Source: Epiperipatus broadwayi (Eukaryota; Animalia; Onychophora). From it: 64,000 bases of DNA. The notes beneath the pieces were generated by a model that saw only the letters and a list, made by a program, of their open reading frames with translations, had not been told where the DNA came from and did not search any database. Position numbers and translations under genes: made by a program. Below, one piece after another: positions 38,280 through 49,929 of the stretch (the first letter of the stretch is position 1; every line of letters starts with the position of its first letter). The stretch is from contig JAQFVV010000003.1 of the NCBI GenBank assembly GCA_028023455.1, positions 23,560,001-23,624,000 of the forward strand. Reading direction: 5' to 3'.

Positions 38280-41195
38280 TCAGATGATATTCCTAACCTT
38301 CAGAACATTATAATTAATTTAAATTAGGTCTTGCAAATTTTGAAGATGGATCAGATTTGAAAGAAATAATAGTAATAAAAAACTGTTATAGCATTAAGAG
38401 CGGAAACAAAGATAGTCTGTAGCAATTTACTAGTAAATGTTTTGCTGAGTCAAGACAATATATGAAGAAGAAAAAAAAAGGAATATGAAAAAATATAAAA
38501 ATAATCCATTAAGAAGAACTGAGTATCTAGGGTTTTGTAAAATCATAAGTAAATGTGTTAACTAGATATAAGAAAATATAATTATGATTTACCAAGGAAA
38601 GGGAAGTGAATAAGAGTCTCATTAATGAGATATAAAAAAATATAATTGGGAATTACCAAGAAAAGCTATCGAAGTGAACTAAAAGTCTCAAAAGTGTAAA
38701 ACAACATTTTGGAATTAGTAGAAAACTTATTTTTGCAATAAGAAGAGAAGATAGAACAATTACAAAAACAAAAGATGATATCATGAAGTATATGGAAGAG
38801 TTCTATGAAGAATTATATAAATATAAAGAACAAAAGCAATCCCTATAATTGCTACATCTTCTGAATTATCCAGTATTTTAAGTGAAGAAATGAGTCATGC
38901 AATTAAATCTATGAAAAAAGGAAAAGCTCATGGTAATGATGGAATTATAATCAATATTTTAAGCAAGTGAATAAATAGAAAATTTGTTTCCAAAGTTATA
39001 TACCAAATGTTTTCCTTAAGGTTTGTGATGATCTGTTATAGTTATATTTATTGTTTGGACTATTTCCATCATCTAATGTGAATATTGAATGTCTTTAGAA
39101 AAATTTAATTTTATTTAGATATTCCAAATACATTCAACTGTTAGTAATAGCATATCAAACAGGTTAGTATATGCACAACATTTCAAGATGTATTATTCTT
39201 CTTTCTTCTTCAGGTATTGCTAGCCCGACAAGTGACAATAGCAGCATGGGAATTGAGCCTGGACCCTTAGATTCTTCAATATTGAATTTTAATGTAATGC
39301 TCTAACTAACAGCCATTAGGTGTTGCCTGCCTGACCAATGACAATACTAGTATGGGAATCAAACCTAAACCCTTAGATTCTTGAGTACTGAATTTTAAGT
39401 AATGCTCTAGCCAACCATCCTCATTTGGTTAGAACATTATCTTAAAAAACAATACCCAAGAATCTAAGGGTCCAGGTTTGATTCCTATTCCAGTACTGTC
39501 ACTGATTAGGTCAGAAATATCTGTAGATGAGGGGTCTTAATTGGTTAGAGCATTACCTTAAAATTCAACACTCAAGAATCTAAGGATCCACGTTCGATTC
39601 CCATGTTAGTACTGTCACTGCTTAGGCCAGCAACATCTGAAGAAGAGAGAATAATACCTTTCAAAACATTGTGCAAATATTAACCTGTTTGATGTGCTAT
39701 TAGTAACAGTTGAATGTATTTGGAATATTTAAATAAAGTTAAATTTTTCTAAAGACATTCAATACTCATATTAGATTATGGAAATAGTCCAAACAATAAA
39801 TACAATTATATACCAAATGTCTAAATAATAAAGATGTACCAGATGATTGGAAGAATATAAGAGTAATTTTAACATATAAAAAAGATGATAAAGAAGACAT
39901 TAAAAATTACAGACCTAGAAGTCTTTTATCAGTTCTATGCAAAATTTTTACCAAAAGAATTACAATTGTCTATAGTAAAATCTTGATTTTAACTAATCAA
40001 AAGAATAAACAGGATTTAAAAATGGTTTTACTACAGTGAATCACATCCAAGTGTTGAGAGAAGTTACAGAAAGTATCAGTGAAACAGAGTTGCCATCATG
40101 TTTTGAATTTGTGGATTATGAAAAGGCATTTGTCTGTATAAGTATTTATTTGTGATTAAAGTATTGGATCATCAAAATATAGACCCAGGATATTGTCATA
40201 TTTTGAAAAATATTTATAATGCAAATGCCATGATTAAATTATATAGTTATATCAAAAATTTAATTTCCTTCTGTTACTAATTGTAAAATATTAAAACCAA
40301 CAACAACAGGGGTGTCGATTTTAATATTTTATGGTTGTTCTAAGGAGATTAACATTGAAAAAGATATGCCATAGGATGATCTCATATCTCCAAAACTTTT
40401 TACAGTAGTTTTAAAAGAAATATTTTGTGGATTAGAGGATTAAAAGTAAATAGTGATTATTTAAATCATCTAGATTTTGCAGATGTATTGTTTTTTTTTT
40501 TGAAAATAATGTTTAAGAGCTTCAGGAACTGTCACAAGAATTATCACATGAAAGTAAAAAAATAGGACTAAAGATAAATGATAAAAAGACTAAAGTAATG
40601 GTTCAATGGATTTCTTAAAAAAAGATGAATAATAATGCACTTGGTCAAATTATTAATACAGATGGAAACATAATGGATGAAATTAATTATAGGATTAAAC
40701 TTGGATGGAGTGCTTTTAGTAAAAATAATTTCATATTAAAAAAGAATTGCCTAAATATGTTTGAAAAGAAAAGTTTTTAATACATGTCTTTTGCTAATTT
40801 TCACTTATGGATCTTAGACTTGAACACTTAATAGAAAAGCAATATAGGTACTTTCAACCAATAAATGAATTATGGAGTGATGTGTTAGGAATAACAAGAA
40901 GAGATCAAAAATGTAATATATGGGTGAGAGAATAAACAGATATTACTGACATCATTGAAAGAATTAAAAGAGTAAAGTAGAGCTGGTCTGGACATATTGC
41001 TAGAAAGTAGGTTAATAGGTGGATAGTTAAATTCTCAAAATAGATCCCAAAAAATTGTAAAAGACTTAGAAAGAGACAACATATAAGATGAATAGATGTT
41101 GGAGTAAATAGTTAGTAATCAGGAAAACTGAATTAAACATGGAGAGACCTTCACCTTGCAGTGGATAGATAATGGTTGAAAATGACAATGCTTGT
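38280..41195 (+). mobile_element. RTE-clade LINE (linker, RT, 3' end), decayed, interrupted by an insertion
   Basis: KLYTKC|LNNKDVPDDWKN..KNYRP..LLSVLCKIFTK, VDYEKAF, DFAD, RTE C-terminus and gagagacc..tgcagtggat 3' end. Confidence 0.9.
39011..39805. mobile_element. Fold-back (palindromic) insertion: 2 tRNA-like units + hammerhead-like core per arm, 15-bp TSD
   Basis: ttatataccaaatgt occurs at 38996-39010 and 39806-39820; removing the insert restores the RTE frame. Arms are 39037-39414 and 39425-39810, spacer 10 nt. A-box-like tggttagagc; B-box gttcgattccc at 39592-39602. Confidence 0.88.
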
Positions 41196-41570
41196 AATAA
41201 AAAAAATTAAATTTAGATTATATAAAACAAACGCAATATGAGATACCATTTGTAGTATTGATGTTATTATACCACATTGTAGCTGTTGTAAGTTCATGTT
41301 GTTGACCTGCCCATGAGGGGGAACATTTCTAAATCACTTGCAGAGAATGAAATAGTTATAATATAGCATATATAATTTTCTTCTTTTTCTTCCTTTTCCT
41401 ATGTGTTGATTACTATTTGAATATATACCATTTACATCTCTCTTAAACACTTTATCAATACTATTTATTTATATCAAAACTAACAGTTTTGTCTGTTTTA
41501 TTTTGTGTATTTAATTATGTATATAAATATGTGGATAAGTGTAATAACTGTATAATTATATATTTGAATA

Positions 41571-41623
41571 TTATAGCTCTGATGATGACTGCAGTACAGT
41601 CGACACTGATAGTTTTGATATAA
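41571..41623 (+). ncRNA. Hammerhead-like motif (family C), decayed
   Basis: ttatagct CTGATGA t-gactg-cagta-cagtc GACAC tgata GTT: perfect 5-bp stem II, GAAA changed to GACA, followed by ataaataaata. Confidence 0.55.
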
Positions 41624-43574
41624 ATAAATAGTATTGATAAAGTGCTTAAGAAAGTTGTAGCTCTTCTGACACTGAAATGCATTAAATTCACAATAGAAAA
41701 AACATTGAAAGTAATAAATACAATCTTAATGCATTTTCAGTGTTGACTACTTTTGTCAAAACCATAATATTCATAACAAAATTTGTGCTGAATTTAATGG
41801 TTGTCTGGATTAGGGTACTTAGTGCTGAAAATGCATCAAGATTATATTTAATTTTTCCAATATTTTTTTACAAATAAGTGGTATAGAATGCTTTTAATTA
41901 ATTATATTTATATTTTGATGTATTTGTAGTGAAATATATATTAATTATTTATTTTCTTACTTAACATTCTTGTATATTTTGACTTTTATACTATGAAAAT
42001 AAATATGGCTTTCATCATAAAGTAGAAATTCTATAGTTAACTGATTATTCATCCTATTAATAGGGACTATCCATATCATGGCTGTTTTTGAAGAGTTAAT
42101 GTTATTAGTTTATATGTAATGGATATATTTTAATTTTATAAATATTATTATATGAATATTACTAAATTTCATGGTAGAAGTAATAGATTTGATAGGTAAA
42201 GGTTTCCAGTGCTTAAATAACACATGACCACCTGTCTAACAAATGATTCAATTTCTTTTTTAAACATGTGAACAAATAATCATTATATTTCATAGTATTA
42301 GAATTAAAACTAATAGAAAACATTGTTGATATGATCAGCATGCATTAGCTTTTTTGGATATGACAGTTACATTTCAATTGTTCAACCAGCTTTTTTATAA
42401 TTGGAGCTCAATTAAAAATTTTTTCCTGCCAATAATTTATTGAATAATTGAAATTAAAATGTAAAAAAATGTTTTGCTTGATTAGTTGGGCTAAAGTAAA
42501 AAAGAAAAAAAGCATGCTGAGATGAAAAATAAGAAAAAGAAATTTGTGAAGAGCTTTAAAATAAAATGATTAGTGTATTATCCTGGAATTCGACAGATCA
42601 ATTAGCTGGAGTTGTAAGCAAGATTGCTTACATTTATATACTTAATGATAATATTAATTTTCCCATTGCTTTTATATGTAATGCTTTTGCGTATGTATAT
42701 ACATATGTGTAACAGTGGTTTCTTTCTTATTTTTATATCATAATGCTGAGTGCTGCTTGTCATTGAAAGTGCATTCAGTATTATGATACAGATAAGAAAC
42801 AATCCACATCGTTTCATATATGCACATACATATGCAAAGGCAATACCTAATGATAATTACATTGGCAATTATAACATTTTAAACATGGTTAATGTAAATA
42901 TTTGGTTATTTATTTGCAGAATTTTAAAACAAGACAAAATAGTTCTGCTTTGTAAATGTAAGTATTAGTTGATTCAAATCAATTTTCCTTAAATATTTCA
43001 GTTGATTTAGCAATCACTCCTCTAGCTATTGTGATTTAAGAATGCTTTACATATAAAAAGTTGGATACACAGTAAAAAGCAGTCATTTTCTTCCTGTAAA
43101 AAAATAATTGAATTATAAGGTCTAGAGGGCAACCTGGTTGTTAATATTAAAAGTGCATGAAGTGTATCATTTCATATTACAAGAGATGGAAAGATAGGCA
43201 AAAACTAATCTTCCAGTCTCCTATTCTATATAAAAAGAAAGAATAAAATAGTTTTTAAACAACCCATTAAAAGTAACAAAGATCTTTCTAAAAACCACTG
43301 GTAGAGAAACTATGAAGAAGTCACTACTTAGCATGCTTATTAAATGCCAGGTAGTAAAGGTTTGAACAGATTTTTTATTATTATTTTATCCATTAATCAG
43401 GCATACCTACCTTTTCATTTTCTGACCAATTTGGACAGATTTAGCTATAGGCTGTCTATCGGAAAAAAAAAATACTAAGTCTAATTTGAATCTGAAAAAT
43501 TTTCAAGTTTACCCTGCTTGGATCAGTCATGGTATATTATATGGTTGCACTACTGTTGTGTCTCGAGATATTTT

Positions 43575-44250
43575 TTAACATCACATTACCAACTAGTTAT
43601 CACATTGTCTTTGCTTACATCTTGCTGTTCATTAGCATTATCTACTGTTCTCACCACTTGTATTACATCTGATATAAGTTTTAGTAATCAGTAAATGCTG
43701 CAAGGTAGTGCTTAATAAATTTCTATCCAGTGTTGTTCTATATAAATATTCCCAGACTAGTTTCTAGATTATGGCATTTGTTTTTGGATTTTTTTTGAAC
43801 AATGCACTTGTAATTTTGGATCTAATGCACCTTTCTTCTAGTAGCTATTTTTAAATGTTTGTTATACTTTCAGGCTACTACTCCAAAATGAAAAACATTA
43901 ATTTTTTTCAATCTGAGACTATTTGCTTGCAAAGTTATATAGATCAGAAACCAGTTCAGTTTTCTATCTACTATGGTGGCCTTGGTTTTTTATTAACCTT
44001 AGGTACTTTTTCTTCATCAATAAATGTTACTATACTATTAAGACATCATGTAATGAAACTAGTCATCACATTTCCTTTGCTTGCATTTTCTATTCTCACC
44101 ATTTTTATGTCAAGTTGTGTAAGCTTTAGTAATCAGTAGATGTCAGATGGTAGTGCTTAATAATACCTATCCATTGCTATACTATCTAGGGCATTTTGGA
44201 TTTTTTTTTGAATAGTACACTTGGATGTTTGGATTTAATGCACTTTGACT
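43575..44250 (-). mobile_element. Second locus of family A: diverged tandem repeat (period ~466) with decayed hammerhead at ~43750-43790
   Basis: aactagt.atcacatt..ctttgc at 43591 and 44057; cccagactagtttctag shared with 6282/6736; the spacer resembles 6340-6560. Confidence 0.7.
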
Positions 44251-45099
44251 CTAGATATTGAGAGGTCAAATATAAATTGCATTAAGAGTGAGCAAAATAT
44301 TGTTGATAATGATCATGTGATATTGCTTGATCATATTAGAATAACACCTTTTAATAATGACTCTTTACTCAAAGGTTATTTGTCATAATGATGACATTTT
44401 AAAATTGTGTTCTGATTATTTATGCAGTTTTTGACAAAGCACATTTAAATACGAGTCCAAGACAGACACCAAGAATTATTTTCTTTTTGGAATATCATTT
44501 TTTTTAATCTGTTTTTATTTTCATGCATTGCATAGATCTGGAAAATTTTCAAACTTTATAAAATTATTATTTATTATATTTTATATATTATTTGAATGAT
44601 TTATGCTATTTATTTAATACAAACATAATTAGTATTATTAAAAAAAAAAGTCATAAAGGTTTTGGTTTAATTGCTAAAAATGTGTTTCATCATCCATACA
44701 ATAAATACATGTATTATTAAATATAATCAAATTAAGTTTATGCAGTAACTAACTTTTAAACTACTGAGTATATAATTTAAAGCATCAATATACATTGTAT
44801 TTAAAAGCACTTAACTAAATTAAGATTCCTGATAATTAAACAATTTTAATTAGACATTATCAGATTACCAATTTTGAATAATAAACAATGAAATTATTTT
44901 TTTTAGGCATTAGTAATTATGATAACATCTCAAAGAATCTTAGTTTAATTACTAGCTAAAGTGAAAGTATATTAATGCTTTAAATTACTGTATACTGTAT
45001 TTTTAAATGTCACTGCAAGAAATATATTTTAATTATAATCTAAACCAACTTACTTTACAAACAAGTAGCCAAAGACAGCAAAAAATGCAAACAAATGCT

Positions 45100-45850
45100 A
45101 ATATTTCTGTAGTGTAATTTTCACTACATCACTCTCATGCAAGATAGGTCAAGTACTGGTTTCTTATCAGCTTTTTACACCTTATGGAGGGATGTAATCA
45201 TAAACATAAGATCAAGGATGTAAAAAAGACATATGATTCCCAAGATGCACATTTTGTGCTGAACCAGCACTCATTAGTTGGCCCAGACTACAATCTCTTA
45301 CACATATCTTTACAATTTAATTGATAATTGGCAAAATTGTTGCACACACAACCTTGACACAAAACTTTTAATGGAAATATATTATTAATTTTTAGTAGTC
45401 ATTCATTAGATTAGAGATTTTCCAATAATAAATAATATTTCTGTAGTGTAATTTTCACTACACCATTCTCACACAAGGTAGGGACTAACTTTTATTTGCT
45501 TTTAATACCCTGTGGAGGGATGTAATCATAAACATATAATCCAAGACATGTGAAAAAGATGTATGATTCCTATGATACACATTTTATGCTTAACCAGCAC
45601 TCATCAGTTGATCCAGACCACAATCTCTTACACATATCTTTTATCACTTTAGTATTACTGTTTAATTAATATGTCAAACACAACAAATTTGACACAAAAC
45701 ACTTAATATAGAAGTGTATTAATAATTTTCATTGGTCATTCATTAGATGAAGGATTGAGAATGGTGTAGTGAAAATTACACTACAGAAATATTAATTATT
45801 GCATAATTTCTAGTCTAATGAATGACTAATAAAAATTATTGATATGCAAA
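45100..45850. repeat. Family B tandem repeat (period ~330-334) plus inverted segment 45757-45850, with hammerheads at 45239-45282 and 45569-45612 (-)
   Basis: aatatttctgtagtgtaattttcactac occurs at 45100 and 45434 and inverted at ~45765-45795. Cores read gccaa CTAATGA gtgct-ggttc-agcac AAA ATG-TG-CAT C ttggg and atcaa CTGATGA gtgct-ggtta-agcat AAA ATG-TG-TAT C atagg. Confidence 0.85.
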
Positions 45851-47684
45851 CAAGTGTTGTTTATAAATTAAAAATCAGTTTATTTACATCATTATTAAAA
45901 CGTTTGATTTAATCCTCCTGAGTAAAAAAAAGAAAAGAACCTAAGTTTAATCATACATTTAATTGTGATTATATATTTTCTCTTTAAAATTAAAATATCT
46001 AAGTTAAAAAAAATAATAATTTGATGTTTAAAAAAAAATTGTTTGGTGTTTATACATATTTACTTTTTACATTAATATTTAAAAATTTGGGAGTTTTAAA
46101 AATAAAGCTTTATACGACTATCACATGGCTCCAGATTTCATATTTCTGTATTAGCAGCATACTCGCTTTGGTGAAAGCAAAAGAATATGCTGCTGAAAGT
46201 TTATAATTTAAATTGGTATCAAGTAAATAAATATTCATTTTTAAGGGTGTCATATATTGACTAAAAACTGTATGTTAATGTGTAAAAATAATAGTTGCAT
46301 GTGTGTGGATAAATTTATTCAATAATAAAAGACATTAAAAATTTATTTAGAAAAAATTGGAATGCTTAATAATTAAAAATTATGCAAAATTGAAAATAAT
46401 ATAGATATGCTAATTTGCAAAGATGTAACATGGAAAGTAATTATGCAAATTAGATAAAGCAAAACAAAACTGCCAATCTAGATACGTGTCTGAGGAATAC
46501 CATACATAGAGTGCTTTGTGAGCAGTACCATGCTTGCAGTGCAGTAGTGTGTGTGAACACTTTAGTTTGATGAAATGGCATATAGTACAAAATTATCTGT
46601 GAAGAGTTAGCAGCGCAGAATGAAGTGCAGTGAAATAAAATGCACAATTTTAGTTCAACACTAAAGAACTATGCATGTATGGACTATAAATGAAAAAGAT
46701 GAAACACAAGAAAATTCCTTAATAGTATGTGCAAGTTAATTTAATACAAAACAACAAGCAAGCGGCTAATTGAAGTACTAATATTTAGTAATATTATATA
46801 TTCAGAGTAATAAACTCTTCCTTAAATTTAAGTTTGAACATGTATTTATTTTCCAAAAATTTATTATTGAGTGTACAACTTAGGTAAATCTGCCCATGTA
46901 TACATCAAAGGGTTAAGCAATGAGTTTATTTTGCCTTTATAATACTCTTTTGTAGATATAGCAAACGTGATATAAATTCCTAAAATCTATTTTAGATTGT
47001 TTAAAATTAAAACTTTTAAAAATATATTTGTATTCAAAATTAATATTTGAAAAGATAATATCTACTAATTAAATCAAAATTAAAGTAATTTATAAACTGA
47101 ATGCAAACAAGATTTGAATGAATACTGCAAGGATTGAATAATTTTATTACTCTCATTCATTAAGCTGAGTAAATATAATAAACTTATTATACATTATTAT
47201 CATGAGAGAGAAGCAACAGCCTTGAAACAGAAACTTCAATCTTAAATAATGCAGATTAGGAAAAAAATTACAGAAATTAGTTTTTTAAATATATAGTGCA
47301 TAAATATTGCTTTGTAATGATAGTGATTGCTAGATGCTGTAATAGAAGCTCTTATATAGTGGATAGAAGTCTTATAAGATATTTTGTTAGGTCAGGTTAA
47401 TAGTGATTCCTATTTCCAGAATTAATAAACATATTGGAAAACAAAATTCAAGCTTACAGTAATATGTATATGTAATAATCATATGATTAAATGTTTAAAT
47501 TGAAATGTCATGTCCAAGCTCCACCTTGGTGATTTGAACATGATAGTTCTATTCAGTTGATTGAGTTAAGGTTAAGATTTTTTTTTTTTAAAAAAACTTT
47601 CTCAGGGCTGAAAACTAGGTCCAGGAATCTTTAGTTTTTGGAGTTTACATCATTACAACATTGCATTAAATCACACATACAAAA

Positions 47685-47770
47685 AAAAAAAATTGAGGAT
47701 CACATGGATTCAAACCAGGAACATTTTGATCTAAAATCTAGTACTTTGTCTCTGAGCTATATTCGCAACT
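47685..47770 (-). repeat. Decayed tRNA-derived (Phe/Lys-like) SINE remnant; a second, more decayed one on + near 47890-47960
   Basis: - strand reads gcgaatatagctcag...agattttagatcaaaatgttcctggtttgaatcc, resembling tRNA A/B boxes. Confidence 0.5.
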
Positions 47771-48249
47771 TGACAAAAAATATCCTCTTTATCATATTGG
47801 GAATCAAAAGTGGGATGCAAATACTTTTTCTAGGGAGATAAAGAATTGATTTCCACTACGGAAAAAAGATTTAATTTGCCGTGCCTAGTGTAGTTTAGGG
47901 CAGTGCTATAGTGGTAGATTTAAGATCTAAAGATGCCTGTCAAATTTTCGATTGAGTTAAAAAAATAATAATTTCAAGTAAGTCAAATAAATAGAATTGT
48001 TATGGTCTGCCTAATATTTTGATGCAAGTGTCACATGACTTTCAGTCAGAAATTCAGGGAAATTAAGATATATTTGCTATGTCCTTTATTAAAGAGAGAC
48101 TTCATGATAATAAATCTGTCCTCCATGTCTATAGTCTGAGTTTGAATCTATCGCTGATAAAACTTGAAAAATAATTCTAATCAATCTTAGTATTTTTTCT
48201 TTTCAGATCACTTAGTTCAGCTAATAGTCCTTTATCTAAATATTCTTAG

Positions 48250-49850
48250 AGGGAAGATTTTTTTTTTTTTGCGTTTTATATTACATTATCCTTAAAAATA
48301 AAATAAAAACGCAGATTAATTTATCACAAAATTGTCTTCCAATTGCGTATGAAAGCAAGAATATTAAAAAATAATGTGCTATAGTTTTTATTAGTGGTTA
48401 CTTTTAACTATTCATCATTAACTTAACCCTTTTAATATTTTATTTAATGATGCCATCGCTTATGTCGAAGCAATTGTATCTTTTTTAAAAGCCAAAGAAG
48501 ACTGTCCATTGGTAGAGAAATGTAAAAGTCAACAAAACATGCTTTCCAGCTGATTATTTTATATTTTGAACCATGTGATCGTCAGATAGCGCTTAAATTA
48601 CTGACCTCCGCAAATACCTTTGTTTAGTTTCAAATTTCATGAAAATCTGGATACTTTTCAAATTTCGTTAGTAATTCAGAAATCTGTAAATGAATTAATA
48701 AACTAGTAATTGTATATATGTTAGTCTGTTTAAAAAAAAAAATATTTTTTTAAAACTCAATTTCTATTTGATTTGTGACTAAGTAAAGTTTAATCAGCTA
48801 AAAAAAATTAATTATTTCCTTTTTTCCATACTTGTTTTATCTGTTAAAAATTTTCAGGATATTTAAATTTCCTACTGTCAGGAAAAATGAGCTGTTTTAA
48901 ATTCTGATAAGTAAATTTAGTTAATAGTAAGTATTCATTTCATTAAGGGAAACTTGCTTATTTACACACGGACAGACTGCATATATTTTGCTGATATTAA
49001 ATTTTAATTTCCTTTTTTAAAGCGTGAATTAATGAAACAGAAGCTATCATAAGCAGCCTGTATTTTAATTATAGGATCGCATTGAAGACAATATATGAGT
49101 ATTAGAACTTTATTATTATTTTTTTTTTTACATAAAAAAGTTATGTATTTTTTCCTTCAGAATCTATTATAAACGAAAACATAGTTGTTTATGTTCTGTT
49201 TAAAATTTGCCCCTCCCCCCCTCTCCTTTATGTAAATCGGATGCATAATAATGTTTGGAAATTATAATTATCAATTAGAATGATTCCAGCACATCTGTCA
49301 ACTTTAATATTGTAAAAATTAATGCATTTTATTTTTATTATCAAATCGCCTTTTCAAAATGGTTCCTCCACCAAAAATTTCATTGTTCGAATAATTTTCC
49401 CAGTTAACAAAATCATCATCACTAATACTTTTTCTAACAATATACATATTTAATACTTGTTTCGAAAAATGCTGTTCCTACACATCAACTCCACAAACTT
49501 TTTCCAAATCGTTATTTTTATTGTTCTTTTATACAATCATGTCTTTCTTTTTATAAAATCAATTAATTTTTTATTTTTTATCTGTATAATAAAATATCAT
49601 TGTGATTGAGATTGACGTATGTAATTGCTTCAGTTTAAGAATTATATCTTTTTTAGAAACATATTTATAATATTTTACAAATTTTTTCAACTTTTCATTA
49701 ACAATCAAACATTTATATATCAACTTTTTTTTTATTACAAAAAATGGCAAAGTCAAGCATTTATTTATTCTAGCTTGTTTGGAATGTTACATAACTCTCC
49801 TTCAAAAATGCTGAAATTTGACAATATTTTCTCGCACTTTTATGTCTTTA
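48250..49850. promoter_or_regulatory. CpG-retaining patch, candidate promoter/regulatory region
   Basis: Dense CGs (gccatcgcttatgtcgaagc, gatcgtcagatagcgc, cctccgc, acacggac, ggatcgc) relative to flanks; no repeat or ORF explains it. Confidence 0.42.
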
Positions 49851-49929
49851 TCTCATAAAAAGAACCAACTGAATGAAATCCACACATAGTTAAGAAGTTG
49901 TGCCATTGTTTGCCACAATGGCATGACAG

